64,000 nt of DNA. Origin: Leucoraja erinacea. Lineage: Eukaryota. The notes beneath the pieces were generated by a model. The model was not told the DNA's origin and ran no database searches. It saw only the letters and a program-made list of their open reading frames with translations. Below are positions 1-12,448 of this stretch, piece by piece (the first letter of the stretch is position 1; each line of letters starts with the position of its first letter). The stretch lies in NCBI RefSeq assembly GCF_028641065.1, contig NC_073396.1, positions 10,664,001 through 10,728,000 on the forward strand, written 5' to 3'. A program made the position numbers and the translations under genes.

Positions 1-119
1 AAATTATACAAAATGCAAATGGGAAAGGCAAATTGCACCTTATATTTTAAATTAGCATCTCCAGGAACTGAGATGATTCACCTCCATAAACCACAAACAT
101 TTTCTGATGAAAGGTCATT

Positions 120-248
120 ATAGAAACATTGAAAATAGGTACAGGAGTAGGTCATTCGGCCCTTCGAGCCAGCACCGCCATTCAACATGATCATGGCTGA
201 TCATCCAAAATCAGTACCCCTTTCCTGCTTTTTCCCCATACCCCTTGA
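120..248 (-). mobile_element. CR1 LINE 3' end fragment
   Basis: Reverse complement of the CR1 3' UTR/tail seen at ~34440-34567 (tagaaacat..aaaataggt.caggagtaggtcattcggcccttcgagcc...atgatcatggctgatcatcc). Confidence 0.85.
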
Positions 249-302
249 AACCATTCGAGTTTCATTCTTTCATTTAGTTGAAAGGTTAAATGGCAAATAG
301 TT

Positions 303-907
303 TTTTTATTTTTTTATTTTTTATTTATTTTTATTAGAAGTACGGCAAGTTACAATAATACACAACACATATGTCTTAATACATTTTTTGTACCGCTTCA
401 TTTTTTGAACTTTAAGGAAAAGATAGTAAAGGAAGTAAGGAAAGTGCGCAAGAGTCGTGAAGGTGCAGGAGAGTGTTGAGAAAAGAAAGCCCCTTAGAAA
501 AGAAGTTAGAGAAGGAAGTAAAGAAAGAAAGTAGACCCTAGAAAAGAAGGAAAAAGAAAGTAGAAACAATCGCTCTATTATAATATTAAACTCCGCAGAA
601 AGGGGGCTACCAATCAAGTCTATTTTTGTTGTTTTACCCCCCGTTGCCAGATCCTGATACCATTTATTTATTTATTTATTTATTTATTTTTTAAATCACT
701 ATTGCACCTCATGCTTGTAATAGTTCCAAAAACGTAGACCACGTCTTTTGGAATCGGTCTGCTTTACCTGCTAAGAGGAATCTCATCTCTTCCAGATGTC
801 GTGTTTCAAACATATTTGATATCCACATTTTTATTGTTGGTGTGGGCGCATTTTTCCAGAATTTAAGTATGAGCTTTTTTCCCATTATTAGCCCGTAATT
901 GAGTAAA
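303..907 (-). mobile_element. 5'-truncated L1-clade LINE (ORF2 C-terminus + 3' UTR + poly-A) with 15-bp TSD
   Basis: Minus strand reads ~LLNYGLIMGKKLILKFWK..PTPTIKMWISNMFE..HLEEMRFLLAGKADRFQKTWSTFLELLQA* (typical L1 ORF2 end). T-rich tail at 303-335. Direct repeat aaatggcaaatagtt at 288-302 and 908-922. Confidence 0.85.
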
Positions 908-1369
908 AAATGGCAAATAGTTAAAATATATTTCCAATATTGTTTCTATTTCAGTTTTCCAAGTATTGACACTATTTTACTTTGGTAAAGTTCTTCAATT
1001 ATGCTGGGGGGTCTGAGAAATGGATAACCGCAAGTTAGCCGCAAACTTACATTAATGTACAATATATGTTTCATGGAAGTTACAAAAGTCCACAACTGGC
1101 AACTTTAATGGACCCACTCAGACCCCACAGCTAAAGAATAACAATGTATGCCACACCTTAATATCTAGACTTCTGTCTCTTTAAATCTAAAGGCTTTGTA
1201 TGTAATGTCCATTGAAAATCCTGTGACTGATGCTTTGAATGTCTCCAAAACATGAACTCCTGCCCTGGCTTAAATGTAATAGCAGCATGAGGGTTAGGTT
1301 AGGTTTTGCCTGGCTTTCATCTTTTTAATGAACTGAAATAACATTTTTTAATACATTTCACTTTCCATC

Positions 1370-1575
1370 CGCCTCATTGGAGACCTTTGAATTTTCTTTA
1401 ATCAGAATTCAGTGTTATATCTTTGCACTAAATGTTGTACCCTTTATCCTTTCGCTTTGCACTGTGGATGCTTGATTGTGTTCATATATAGTCTTTTTTT
1501 TTGACAGGATATCAGACAAAAGATTTTCACTGTATCTCGGTACACATGACAATAATAAGCTAAATTAAATTGAAC
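1370..1575 (+). mobile_element. L2-type LINE/SINE 3' end fragment
   Basis: ttttcactgtatctcggtacacatgacaataa followed by a short tandem tail, resembling L2 3' ends. Confidence 0.5.
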
Positions 1576-2087
1576 ATTGTTAGGAATGGATAAAACTATA
1601 CTAAAGGGAAGGGCCACCACCTACAGTTTCACAAGGAAGATAATTCTCACATATTTCCAGTTTGCATTAACAGTTTGAATTTGGTGAGGCTAATAAACCG
1701 ATTGCTCCGATAAGCCATTTAGAACTTAAACTCCTTTATTGGAATGTGGGAATCACTGCAAGGGTTTTCACGCTTGGATCTGGGAAAATAAAGCACAACT
1801 TAAACATTATATAACTGGTCATTCCTAAAATTAAAAAAAGTGAAGCAAAGCTACTTACATGCTAACATTTTAATCTACTTACAATAATTGTTACATACCA
1901 ATCTAACATGGCTTAGACAGGGGAAGTTTGACCAAATTAGTTTCCATTATTGATTCCAACAAATATTGAAGATTATAGAATTTCACATGCATTCCTTTCC
2001 TAATCTATTTTTGTGTTTATAATTTAATGAAAACAAATAATATAATCTCACTTGTAAACTACTTTTCAGATCAGCAGATGCGAAGGT

Positions 2088-2395
2088 TCCACTTTCCCGA
2101 GTTATTCACGAATTATCCTGAGTTATTATTCATTAATTCTCCCGAGTTTTCCAGCCGTAGGTACTCAGGGCATCAGGTAGGTCAGGACGTTTTTTCCAGC
2201 CTGATGAAAAATGTCCACGACTAAAAAATAGCCCCGAGTACCTACGCTGGTATAACGAGCCGCTACGATATATCCACGGACTCTTACGGCCTCCTACGGA
2301 CTCGTTACGAACATTCTGCGAGTTTGAAAACTCGGGAGAATTTGTGGATAAATCAGGAGAATTTGTGAATAACTCGGGAAAGTGGGACAGGCCCT
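2088..2395. mobile_element. Non-autonomous Harbinger-type MITE
   Basis: Terminal inverted repeats ccactttcccgagttattcacgaatt / aatttgtgaataactcgggaaagtgggacaggccct followed by TTA. The left TIR tip is lost. The aattctcccgag motif is repeated internally. Confidence 0.7.
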
Positions 2396-2409
2396 TTAGC
2401 AAGAGGGTG

Positions 2410-2626
2410 TTAGCGAGGGTTGTTACCTAGGAGTGCTAGCAAGGGGATGTAGGCAGATTAAACAAGTGAGCATGAAGTTAGGACATGGAATAAAATGTGG
2501 GAAAAATTAGAGAATATCCACTTTGGAAGAAACAATGAAAAAGCAAATTATTACTGCAATCATACATGGGACGCAAAGGGCTGACATGCAGGTACTATGT
2601 GTAATTAAAAAGGCAAATTGGCATTG
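2410..2626 (+). mobile_element. Old CR1 RT fragment, left half (interrupted by the DIRS element)
   Basis: Degenerate RT C-terminal sequence (..atccactttggaagaaacaat..; gtaattaaaaaggcaaattggcattg) that resumes at 7496 (ataaaggatatgtagtataaaagtggggaagtttt..ctggtgagac..). Confidence 0.65.
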
Positions 2627-5600
2627 ATTTTACTTCGGAGTCACGTGAGGGACTCCATGAAAGAAACCCGCTACGACGCATGCGTGTCATATCGCATACA
2701 CGCATTGAACGAGTCAGAAGTGGGAGACGACGTCTCCCTAGAGAGAAAGGCAAAGAAGCAGGTAAGAGACTGCAAAAAATTTTTCCACTTACCTTGCAGG
2801 TAGGAAATACAAGAAGCTGCAGGAGCTGGAGGGAGACTGCAGAAATATTGCAGCCAGACCAGCAGCAGCAGCCGTTAGCGCGAACCCTCCGGAGAGGATT
2901 CCCAAACGGCTATTTTTAGCACAGAACAGCTGTGCCCGACGTCGCTCCCCGCACCGGCAAGAGACTGCTGCCGGGCGGGAAACAAAGCTACACGGCCCGG
3001 GGAGTTTCTAGACCAAGTCGGGTCTATTTTTAGATGCAGTTGTTCGGCGCTCCGCAGCTGATTGAAGCAGCTGCACCACCGGAGAGAGAGAGAGCCGACA
3101 TGGGGACAGCAGCCCATGGACCTGCACTACGGGGTCCGTGGGGCTGCGGGAGGAAGGACGTTCCTCCGAAAACGGCAGGCTGAAAACCAGTACAGGTAAG
3201 AACAAATTTCCCTTACCTTTTTTGGTGCTTTTTCCAGAGTGCTTGCTGTATTCTGAAGAGACTGGTGTGTTGCTGAACAGCAGGGAGCCAGCTAAGGACG
3301 TCAGGGCACAGCCACAGGTCGTTACTGGTGTGATGCTGAACAGCAGGGAGCCAGCGACTGATGTCAGTATAGAGCTGAAGGGCTGTTGTTTAATGACCAG
3401 CAGCAGCCAGCAATAAATGTCGGCACCAGCATCTCCCAGATGGGAGCGAGTGCCAAACTTCACCCTAAATGGGTAGAGGTGCCCGTGAGTACCAGGACCA
3501 TGGGGAACGGTCCAGTGCCCGTAGGCATGGGGACGGGCAGTGGGATATACCGCGTGCGACTAGTGCCCGAGAGCACCAAGGTCGGCAGGAGCGGTCCCAT
3601 ATATTAAGCACCCGCGACAACTAGTGCCCGAGAGCATGTAAGTCGGCTGGAGCGGTTTGCTGGAGTAAAATTCTCCATATTGGCAGGCTCCGGGATTGGA
3701 GGTAGCCACAGTGGGCAAATAATAATATAAGTCCCACAGCAGTTTCCCATATGGGCTGCATGAAATGTCGGACGCCTCTGAGGAGGGTATGGAAGGTCTG
3801 ACGGGGTAAAGCCTGAGCAGGTGATGGAGCCATTGTCCCCTATTGAAGGGGGGGAAAACAACCTGCCGAACATGATGAGCAGTACTGCCAGCAGAACTCA
3901 CAGAGAATGATTGCGAGAGGATGGCTGTGAGTATTGAAGGACTGTGAGTCCACCCATCAACTTCAAGCTAATATTTTTGCTGAAGTGTTGGCAAGGCTTC
4001 TATACCCCGGAATATTGTGGTGCTCTTAATGTAGCCATTGTTACAGGTGCATTTGCAGACATGTTGGGAAGGCCGTTAGGAGTTGGGAAAATCCGTAATA
4101 CTCTGAAAGGTCTCATGGCGGGCATAACAGCTTTGGCCCGCATGTTAAATAAGGTGTACAAAATTAGTGACCACAAGGATGCCATTAGCACTATTTTTTT
4201 GCAATGTGCAGTTTGAAGGGCCATTAAGCCAGCTCTAGACCCTAGTTCGCTATACTATGTAAGCAAAGGGCTATAGACCCCGTTATTTGGGGGGGAGACC
4301 TGTCTAAACAGGTAAAGAATTGGCGAGGAGGCTTGACTTTGGGGCTGATTAAAGCATCCAAAGGTTATCTGGGGAAGACATTAACCTCATGTGCATCCTA
4401 AGAGAGGTAGTGTTTTTGTAATTATACTACAAAGAATTGGGCAGAGGTACCCAGCAGCAGCGTCCTGTTTAGGGTTTGGGCCGGGACGACCACTGTGGAA
4501 GATGCAAAAGTAACATTAACCTTTAGGCTCTCCACAACCGCATATGAAACCAAGAAAAATAACTTGGTTACCACCAATACCATGGAGTTAGGTGAATTTG
4601 GGGCTCCAGCATTAATAGGGAGCACGGAAGTTGGAGGGACATTGCAACTTCATGTTGAAGCGTGGTGTAATATATCTATGGACAGATATATCCTTAGCAG
4701 TTTTAAGGGATATCTGATAGAGTTTCTACACAAACAAAACCCTCCAGTACAACATATACCGGACAGATATACATGCTGGTAATGGAATAAACCAAACCTG
4801 AACAACAGGATTTGTCTCAAATATCTTTATTAGAAATAAGAAAGATGGGGGGAAAAATTTTAAACCAGCGTTGGGACTGCTGCAACACCAAAATCATAGA
4901 GTAATGGTATAGTTGGATGATATCCTTAGCGTTGGGTGGGAATAACTTATGAATCTTATTGTGGGAATGTTAGGCATGTGGTTGCCACTAAACAATTGTT
5001 TGAACAGCTGGGATTCATTATCCATCCACTTAAGTCAAAATTGACACCATTAACACATTTAATATGTTAATGACTTTACTAATATGGAAAGCCACAGAGT
5101 TTAATGGGCGCATATATTATAGAGGTCATTTATTTTGGCCAATGGAAAAATGATAGAAGCTATAAAAGAATTACAATGTTGGGAACACAATGTTAAGTAT
5201 TGCTCCAAACCCAATAGTTATTCACAACCCGTCTGTGCTATTACAAACAGATGCCAGTGCAATTGGTTACGGTACAACTGATACCATCTCGAGCTATGGG
5301 GGAGATGGAATATATAAGAAGCTAACCTACATAACACTAAGGGTTAGAAATGTTAAGTGCATTTCATGGGCTAAAATCTTATTGCTCAGGAATGAAACTG
5401 CAGCATGTTAGATGGTAGATAGATAATACCTCGGTGATGGCATATACAAGTCATATGGGTGGAAAGATATCACCAGCTTGTGATGAATTGGCAAATTAAA
5501 TTTGGCAATGGTGTGTCCAAAGGAATATTTGGTTATGGGCTACGTATCTACCAGGGATACTAATTCAGTGGCAGACACCAGGTCACGAAAATTTATTGAA

Positions 5601-7495
5601 AGTACTGAATGGATGTTGGATAGAACGGTATTTGCTAAAATCAGTAAAGTATGTAAGGCCGGATATTAGGATCGCATCCAGGGTTAAATCACCAGTTACC
5701 GAGGTATGTATCATTGGTACCAGATCCTGAGGCAGAAGCTACAGATGCTGTTTCACTGCACTAGGGGAGGGTTTTCATTTATGTATTACCTCCTTTTCTA
5801 CTTTATAAATTTGGGGTACTAAGGGACATTCAACAGGAATCGGCATCGGGGATGTCTTAGTACCTGATTGGCTTACCCAACTATGGTTTTCCGGGGTACA
5901 GGACATGGTGCTGGAACCATGTATAACGGTAGACATAGTCCTAAGTTGCTGGTGCATCCAGTAACTGAGGATAGCTATCCATGTCATAGAAAATATTGAT
6001 TTAGTAGGTTGTAGACTCTAAAACACCGCTACGGGACATGGGGCTATCAAAAGAACTGTGGACATGATCACAGCAGCACGAAGAAGGTCTACACAATAAC
6101 AGTATTTAGGTCATATTAAAATGGACTAATTACTGCCATAATAACTTTCTGGACCACAGAAATAAGGATGTTCCGGCGGTGCTACAGTTGCTCACCAGCC
6201 TGCAATATGGATGACTGAGTTTCAGCACTGTGAATAGTGCCAAAAGTGCATTGTCAAGTTATTGGTGGCAAGGAACAGTAAGACAGTCTGTGGGATCACA
6301 TCCTCTGGCAGTTAATAATTTTAGAGGATATGTTAACACCAAGCCACCAAAAAATAAGATACAACCATATCTGGAATGTAAGTGTGGCTTTGATCTTGCT
6401 AAGGAATGGGTCGCCGGCTACAGCATTAAATCTGGATAACTAACTAGAAATGGTAATGCTGATAGCGCTAGTCACAGCGCATAAGCTCCAGTTATTGCTA
6501 AAAGTAAGACTGGATGGCTTCACTATTGCGGCACGAAGTTTGGGGTTTTGTGATCCAGGACCGTATTATTAAACAAAATAGGCCAGGATCAGCGGGGCAG
6601 GTCATAGAATTGATGGCCTACTCGGAGGACAATGCCTCTGTATAGTAAAGTACGGTTTTGTTATACAGTAAAGGGAAAAAGGCTATCAGAGGCAAGGAAT
6701 TGGTGTTTAATCAGCTATAAGATACTGTACCATAGATTGTAACTCAGACCATTTCACGGTGGCTGAAATATGGGATATGATAGGCGGGAGTGGACAATAA
6801 CATATTTAATTCTCACCCCACCAGGGCTGCAGCTACATCTGCAGCAAAACGCCTTGATGTATCCATGGACCAAATCCTCAGGATTGCAGGATGGTTGTTG
6901 GAGAATATGTTTCAGAAATTTTAACAAACCAGTTAGCAGTATGGGAACGTTTTTTCGGGGAACAATTTTAAGTTCTGTATGATAATTGATCCCTGAAGAA
7001 TACAGGGTTATGATTTGAATTAATTCGATATTATTTATCATTTCCATTAAAGAATTGGTATGAATGCTTTGAATATAATTAACAAATTTCTCTCTAACTA
7101 CCAAGGCAGTTGTGAAGCATGGACTCGTTTTCCACGGCATGAGGTCACAGAGCTTTGAAATCTTTCATGGAGTCCCTCACGTGACTCCGAAGTAAAATAG
7201 TAAGATTAAACGAGAACTTACCAGTTTGAAGTTTGATCTGTATTTTATGAGGAGGAACGTTGAGGGAATACATGCCCTCCGCTCCCACCCTCATAGGGTC
7301 AAATCTTAAGCTGGTATCTCTTTGATAATCTTGCTATTTTAGGTCAATATAGGGTATCTGTGACCTCACACCGCTGCTTTGAAGGATGACACGCATGCGT
7401 CGTAGCGGGTTTCTTTCATGTATTCCCTCAACGTTCCTCCTCATAAAATACAGATCAAACTTCAAACTGGTAAGTTCTCGTTTAATCTTACTATT
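2627..7495 (+). mobile_element. DIRS-type tyrosine-recombinase retrotransposon; intact terminal structure, decayed ORFs
   Basis: Left ITR 2627-2690, right ITR 7386-7495, internal complementary region 7161-7274, ATT at both termini. Remnants of RT (LDDIL ~4908-4927; LFEQLGFIIHPLKSKLTP ~4997-5050), RNase H (LQTDASAIGYG ~5240-5273; DNT ~5422), a methyltransferase-like domain (PDPEAEATDA, YVLPPF, VPDWLTQLWF ~5718-5890) and tyrosine recombinase (VNSAKSALS 6230; SHPTRAAATS ~6810-6840; ILRIAGW ~6874-6895). Confidence 0.93.
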
Positions 7496-7725
7496 ATAAA
7501 GGATATGTAGTATAAAAGTGGGGAAGTTTTGATTCAATTTCCTGGTGAGACTGTACCTGGGCAATTCTGAACAGTTTTGATCCCTATCTTTTAAAAAGGA
7601 TATGCAGACAGTGGAGACGGCAATGAAGATTCAGCAGGGTGGAAGATCATGAAGAAAGGTTGAGCAGGTTGGGCCTATTCCGTTGGAATTTCGAAGAATA
7701 AGAGATGATCTTATTGAAACGTTAA
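7496..7725 (+). mobile_element. Old CR1 RT fragment, right half
   Basis: Continues the CR1 sequence broken at 2626 (..gttggaatttcgaagaataagagatgatcttattgaaac, LEFRR.R.DLIE motif). Confidence 0.65.
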
Positions 7726-9034
7726 AAGCAACTCTCACCCCCTGGCTATTGTAAATTTTATGTGGTAATTTACTGGCTGAATAAGAACCCATAATATTCA
7801 ACAGAAACTTTGTGAAGTTGAGCTTTTGCATTGGCAAACACCACACAATAATTACAAGTATACACCATAAGATCAGAATAATAGTTTGAAAAATTGTAAT
7901 TGTTTGCCAAAATAAAAAAATAAATCGTACTACAATCAGTAATGAAAAAACATTTGATTTCCATTGCCAGTAATGGTAGTGAAGGCAGATCCAACCATCA
8001 CCTACAAGGGGAACTTGGATCCAAACATGCATAAACCTTTGCAGAAACACAGGGAAACAGCAGTGGGTTGGGACTGGCTGCATTGCTCTTGCGCTGAGCA
8101 TGCGGTTGCAACAAGGAGACCGATGCTCGCACCAAGGAAGATGATAAACCTAAACCAGTGCCCTGTTCACTTAAATCCTAAGTAAAGGCAGAGCTAAATA
8201 AGTGGAACAACATGAAGAAATCCCTATCTTTTAATGAAGTCTACCCAAGACTGCGAGCTCCTCGATGTTCAAATCCGCAGGAGGGCCGATCCCAGGCAAG
8301 GGATCGCAGACTCCGATGGTAAGTCCACGGACCAGCAGTGGGGTTCAAAGTCAGTCTCGAGCAAGGCCACCAGCTCCATGATGTTAGGGCAATGTCAGAG
8401 TGACCGGAGATACGATCCGGAAAACAATCACATCTCCAGCATGATAAGAATTTGAAAAAGTTTCCCCCGACCCCCACCCCCACTCCCCACATAAAACAAA
8501 CCAGAGAACATTAACACATGCTTTTTAAAACACACAAAAAATGACAAAAAAAGACGAAAAGACAGACAGACTGTTGGCGAGGCTGCCGTCGCTGACGGTG
8601 CCACACAGCTTAAGGTGATGCAGCAAGACAAAGCCTTGTCTGCCAACACAAAATAATCACATGGGCCTTAAATTTGGGTCTGAGATCTTGCCAAGAGTGA
8701 TGGACCCAATGCTAGTGAAATCAATACAATATTTAATAGTCCCAGTAACTGAGGAAGAGCAGTTGAGGGAGAGAGCGTTTCTGGCGACACTATGTCAAAT
8801 TAAAGTGGAGCAAGAATGCTTTCCTGAGAAAGTGGACTGTTTCCTCTTGGAAAGAAGGTGGCAGAAGTTCTAAATGTCACAGATCAGAAAACATCAGAAA
8901 GTAGACCCTTCCTTGACTAGTTGTGTTGAGTCTTGTTAGTTTATTAGATTAACGTCAACTTTCAGCTGCAATTTACAGTCATTTGGGAATATTGACAAGG
9001 AAGCAACATCACAGTTGGTTGCTTCAACATTTCC

Positions 9035-9165
9035 TTACCTTTTGTTTCTTTGAATGGCACTCCATACAACAATAATTACAAATACTATGGCCAGAAACGC
9101 AAGGACAGCACCTAACCCTATGACTGCAGAGGAACGAACTGATCTGGTCTGATCCTCCTGAGGTC
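9035..9165 (-). CDS. ENPP7: ENPP7 coding exon 5 (C-terminal transmembrane anchor)
   Basis: AG acceptor at 9166-9167, phase 1 matching exon 4. Reads GPQEDQTRSVRSSAVIGLGAVLAFLAIVFVIIVVWSAIQRNKR* (TAA 9035-9037). The stop overlaps a possible GTAAGG donor, so a further small exon cannot be excluded. Confidence 0.8.
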
Positions 9166-10103
9166 CTAAAAGAGAATGAGATGAATTTAACTTAGCGTTT
9201 TTTCTGGAGTTCTTTATTGCGTTTACTTTTTAACTTACAGTATGTATACAATTTTGCCAAAATAAAAGGACCCATCACTGCAGTAGTCTCAGGTGTGGGT
9301 TAGGAATTGTTGCACTGATGTGAAAAATAAGAAAAAACTTTCAAAAGACTCTTTAGATTAGTTTATTTTTAATTTAGTTTAAGGATGCAGTGTAGAAACA
9401 GGTCCTTTGGCACACCGAGTCCACGCTGACCAATGATCACCACATGTACTATCCTACACACTAGGGAGAACTTACAGAAGCCAAACAACAGTGTGATTTC
9501 TGAGGAGATTGGTCCCCAGACCTTGAACTCAGTTTGAAAGAGTGAGTATATGGGTTGAATGCAGATTTTGTTATGGTTTGACAGTTCTGTCTAGTTTAGA
9601 ATCAGAGCCGAATGGGTTGTCAAAGAATTTGACATTTTATGGATGCATCTTGTTCTGGCAGCCCCAGAAAGTCAGAGGTAAGTTCAAATTCCCCAAATTC
9701 TCCTTCCCCCCAATCTCATCTCAACAACTCACCTCACCCAAGGTCATGGCGAGCAGACAGAGCTGACCACAAAAGTGTTCAAAAGCCTGCTATTATGACA
9801 GTTTCCTGGTTGTTAAGTTTTAGCCTTAGAGATACAGCGCGGAAACAGGCCCTTTGGCTGATCTGGTCCATGCCGACCAGTGATCCCTGCATATTAACAC
9901 TATCCAACACACACTGGGGACAATCTTTACATTTACCAAGCCAATTATAAAGTTCCATAATAGCTGATCAATTATGTTTTCTGCTTACATTTTGACATGT
10001 ATTCGTTTGCAGGCAACTATAAGTGAATAATATATTTTCCATTTTAAAATTACATGTATGTCGTAAAATGCATCGATGCATGGAGAAGGAACTCTTTCAA
10101 TAC

Positions 10104-10350
10104 CTGGGTAATCTGGTATTTTGTCAGGTGAACCTACTAGCATCCCACGAGTGAATGCCAATGAGCCATTGTTCGGTTCTGGTGTCACTCCCAATAACTT
10201 GCACATCAAGGGATAAGTGTGAATACTGTCAAAGGGCTCTGCCAGGTAAGAATGCTGGAAATCTGGGCCAAATGCTCGGAAAATCATCTTCATGTCCATT
10301 TCTCCATTGTCAAATCCATGATCTCCTTTGTTGAAGTAAATGATGATTCT
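10104..10350 (-). CDS. ENPP7: ENPP7 coding exon 4
   Basis: AG/GT bounded, 247 bp. RIIIYFNKGDHGFDNGEMDMKMIFRAFGPDF...PLMCKLLGVTPEPNNGSL contains the NPP-family GxHG metal ligand and the PNNGS motif. Confidence 0.95.
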
Positions 10351-10966
10351 CTGAAATAATAAATGGTCAGTCTTCCCTCCAGCATTTGCAACTAGCTCAG
10401 ACAATGAGGATTTCTGCGATTATGTTTTTTATTCAGAAATTTCCAAATGTTGTCATAATTTAATCATTTTACTTGTTTATGTCACATAAGCCCTTGAATG
10501 TTCAGTAAAAATAATGGTGAGGCTAATAATAACAGTGTCCACATTTTTTTATATATGTGGGAATCAGTCAACAATTTAAGACAAATGCAGAGATGGATTC
10601 AATTGGGAAGCTGGAAGCCAGCGCGGAGAATGTGTTATGAAAATGCAGCTGTGTATAGGAAGGAATAGCAGAAACGAAGTGGTAGTAACTGGTTCAATAA
10701 TTCGTGACCAGGTTGTTAAATTGGACATGTGTTAAAGTATAAGGCAGCAGAATTTGGACGTGCCTTTCTGCAAATATACTCCCAATATCAGTGAGCTCCT
10801 TTCGAGAATGGTAAAGCAAACATTAAGACATGCTCAATGTTGCTATTAAATGCACCTTACAGTAATGACAGTTCTGGTCTGGGAATGTTGTGCAGCACAT
10901 CTTTCTTGACAAGGAAAACAGTAAATAAAAGAAGGGGTATATAATTAAAGAGAAAGAAGGGTAGAA

Positions 10967-11250
10967 CAATGGTGCAGTGAACCAGGTTCCGTCCTGACTT
11001 CTGCGGTTGACTGTGTGGGATTTGCATGTTCTCCTTGTTTCCCCCTGCTGTTCTGGTTTCCTCCCACAGTCCACAGATGTGCAGGTTTGTAAGTTAAATG
11101 GCCATTGCAAATTGCTCCTGGTGTGTAGAATGGGAAATTTGAGAGAATACAATGTGATTAATGTAGGATTAATGTAAATAGGTACTTGATGGTTAGCACA
11201 CCTTGATGGGCTGAAGGGCGTGTTTCCCTGCTATATCACACCATGACTAC
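10967..11250 (+). mobile_element. HE1/V-SINE (tRNA-derived)
   Basis: V-domain-like tttgcatgttctcc..ctggtttcctcccacagtccacagatgtgcaggtttgtaagttaaatggccattgcaaattg..gtgtgtag plus a CR1-like tail (gggctgaagggcgtgtttcc). Minus-strand fragments also occur at ~9375-9490, ~9820-9950 and ~20265-20320. Confidence 0.75.
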
Positions 11251-11509
11251 CCTATGACTATGGCAAGGGAGCCACTGCTTTGCTGCTTGGATATTTTGTG
11301 CTGCCTGAAAATATGAATAAAAAGGATAGAAAAGAACAGAAAGAATTGTTGATGGAATCAGCACCCACAGTAATCATTTTTAGTATATTGTTGACAACGC
11401 ACTAAAAGAAATAAACATGTTCTAAAAGAAGATACATTTACATTAGTTAGCCATTCATAGTTTCACTTAATTCCTTATGGAACATATAAAGAATATGTAG
11501 ATTCATAAG

Positions 11510-11702
11510 ATATACACAAAATACTGGAGTAACTCAGTGGGTCAGGCAGCATCTCTAGAGAAAATGGACCGGCATTCTTCGGTCTGAAGAAGGGTCCCAA
11601 ACCGAAACATCACTTATCCATTTTCTCCAGAGATACTGCCTGACCCACTGAGTTGCTCCAACATTTTGCGTCTATATTTGGTATAAACCAGCAACTGCAG
11701 TT
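11510..11702. mobile_element. Short Penelope-derived palindromic repeat (hammerhead-motif family)
   Basis: Inverted arms (acaaaatactggagtaactcagtgggtcaggcagcatctct / agagatactgcctgacccactgagttgctccaacattttg) around ggtctgaagaagggtcccaaaccgaaacatcac. Further copies at ~14165-14610, 16700-16840, 21730-21805, 23010-23102, 23900-24030, 36665-36745, 37370-37445, 37720-37940, 53575-53770 and 55020-55260. Confidence 0.75.
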
Positions 11703-11824
11703 TCTTTTAATTACTGTGTAGATTCATAAGGTTTGTTTATATTTCATTTCTCTCAGCTGCCATACAAATAACTCTCCTTTTTATACCTCAAAATTAAATT
11801 GAAACAAAAGCACTTGCCACTTAC

Positions 11825-12448
11825 CCCATTAACAGAATACCCATTGTCTCCATAAACAAAGATGGGCAAAAGACGATCATTTTTGCTGTAATGAAAATGT
11901 TCAGGCATTTCTTCCTTTTTATATACTTTTAAATGTGGATGTGCATTTTTCAGTGCCTGGTAAACTTCTTCAGTTTTTCCTTGTTTGGGCAAAAGCATCC
12001 CAAATCCTCCATAGTCTAATAATTCGAACTTGACATTTTTAAAACTGATGTAGTTTGAGAGTTTGATTTCATTAATTTCAGGCTTTTTCTTTACTGTTGT
12101 CATCCCATGGTCTGAGGTTATGATAACGTTTAGCCGGTCTTTCAGATTGTGCCTATCAATGCTGGATATTAAGTAGCCAATGGTTCTGTCAATCTGTCGG
12201 ATTATATCACGTCTCTGTGGTGTTTCTGGTCCCACTTTGTGTCCAACGCCATCAGGCTCTCCATAGTAAAGCGTTACAAAATCAAAGTCTTCCTTTTCAA
12301 ACCAATCCAAGACCATATCGATATTTATTCTCCATTCTGTCTCATTAGCATCAGGGTGAATCAGTGATTCCCCCAGAGATCTGTAGATTGCTTGTCCGCC
12401 ATAGGTCACATTTCCTCCTGGATAGTGGAATGATGCTACTTTTTTTCC
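11825..12448 (-). CDS. ENPP7: ENPP7 coding exon 3
   Basis: AG/GT bounded, 624 bp, phase 0. GKKVASFHYPGG...LYYGEPDGVGHKVGP...NVIITSDHGMT carries the NPP metal-binding motifs. Confidence 0.97.

Noticed and set aside
3260-3640. Short direct repeats (gctgaacagcagggagccagc; ctagtgcccgagagca)
   Set aside because: Internal duplications in the decayed gag-like region of the DIRS element; no independent significance evident.
8240-8605. GC-rich segment with short ORFs on both strands
   Set aside because: Looks like an interspersed repeat fragment; no recognisable protein or definable termini.
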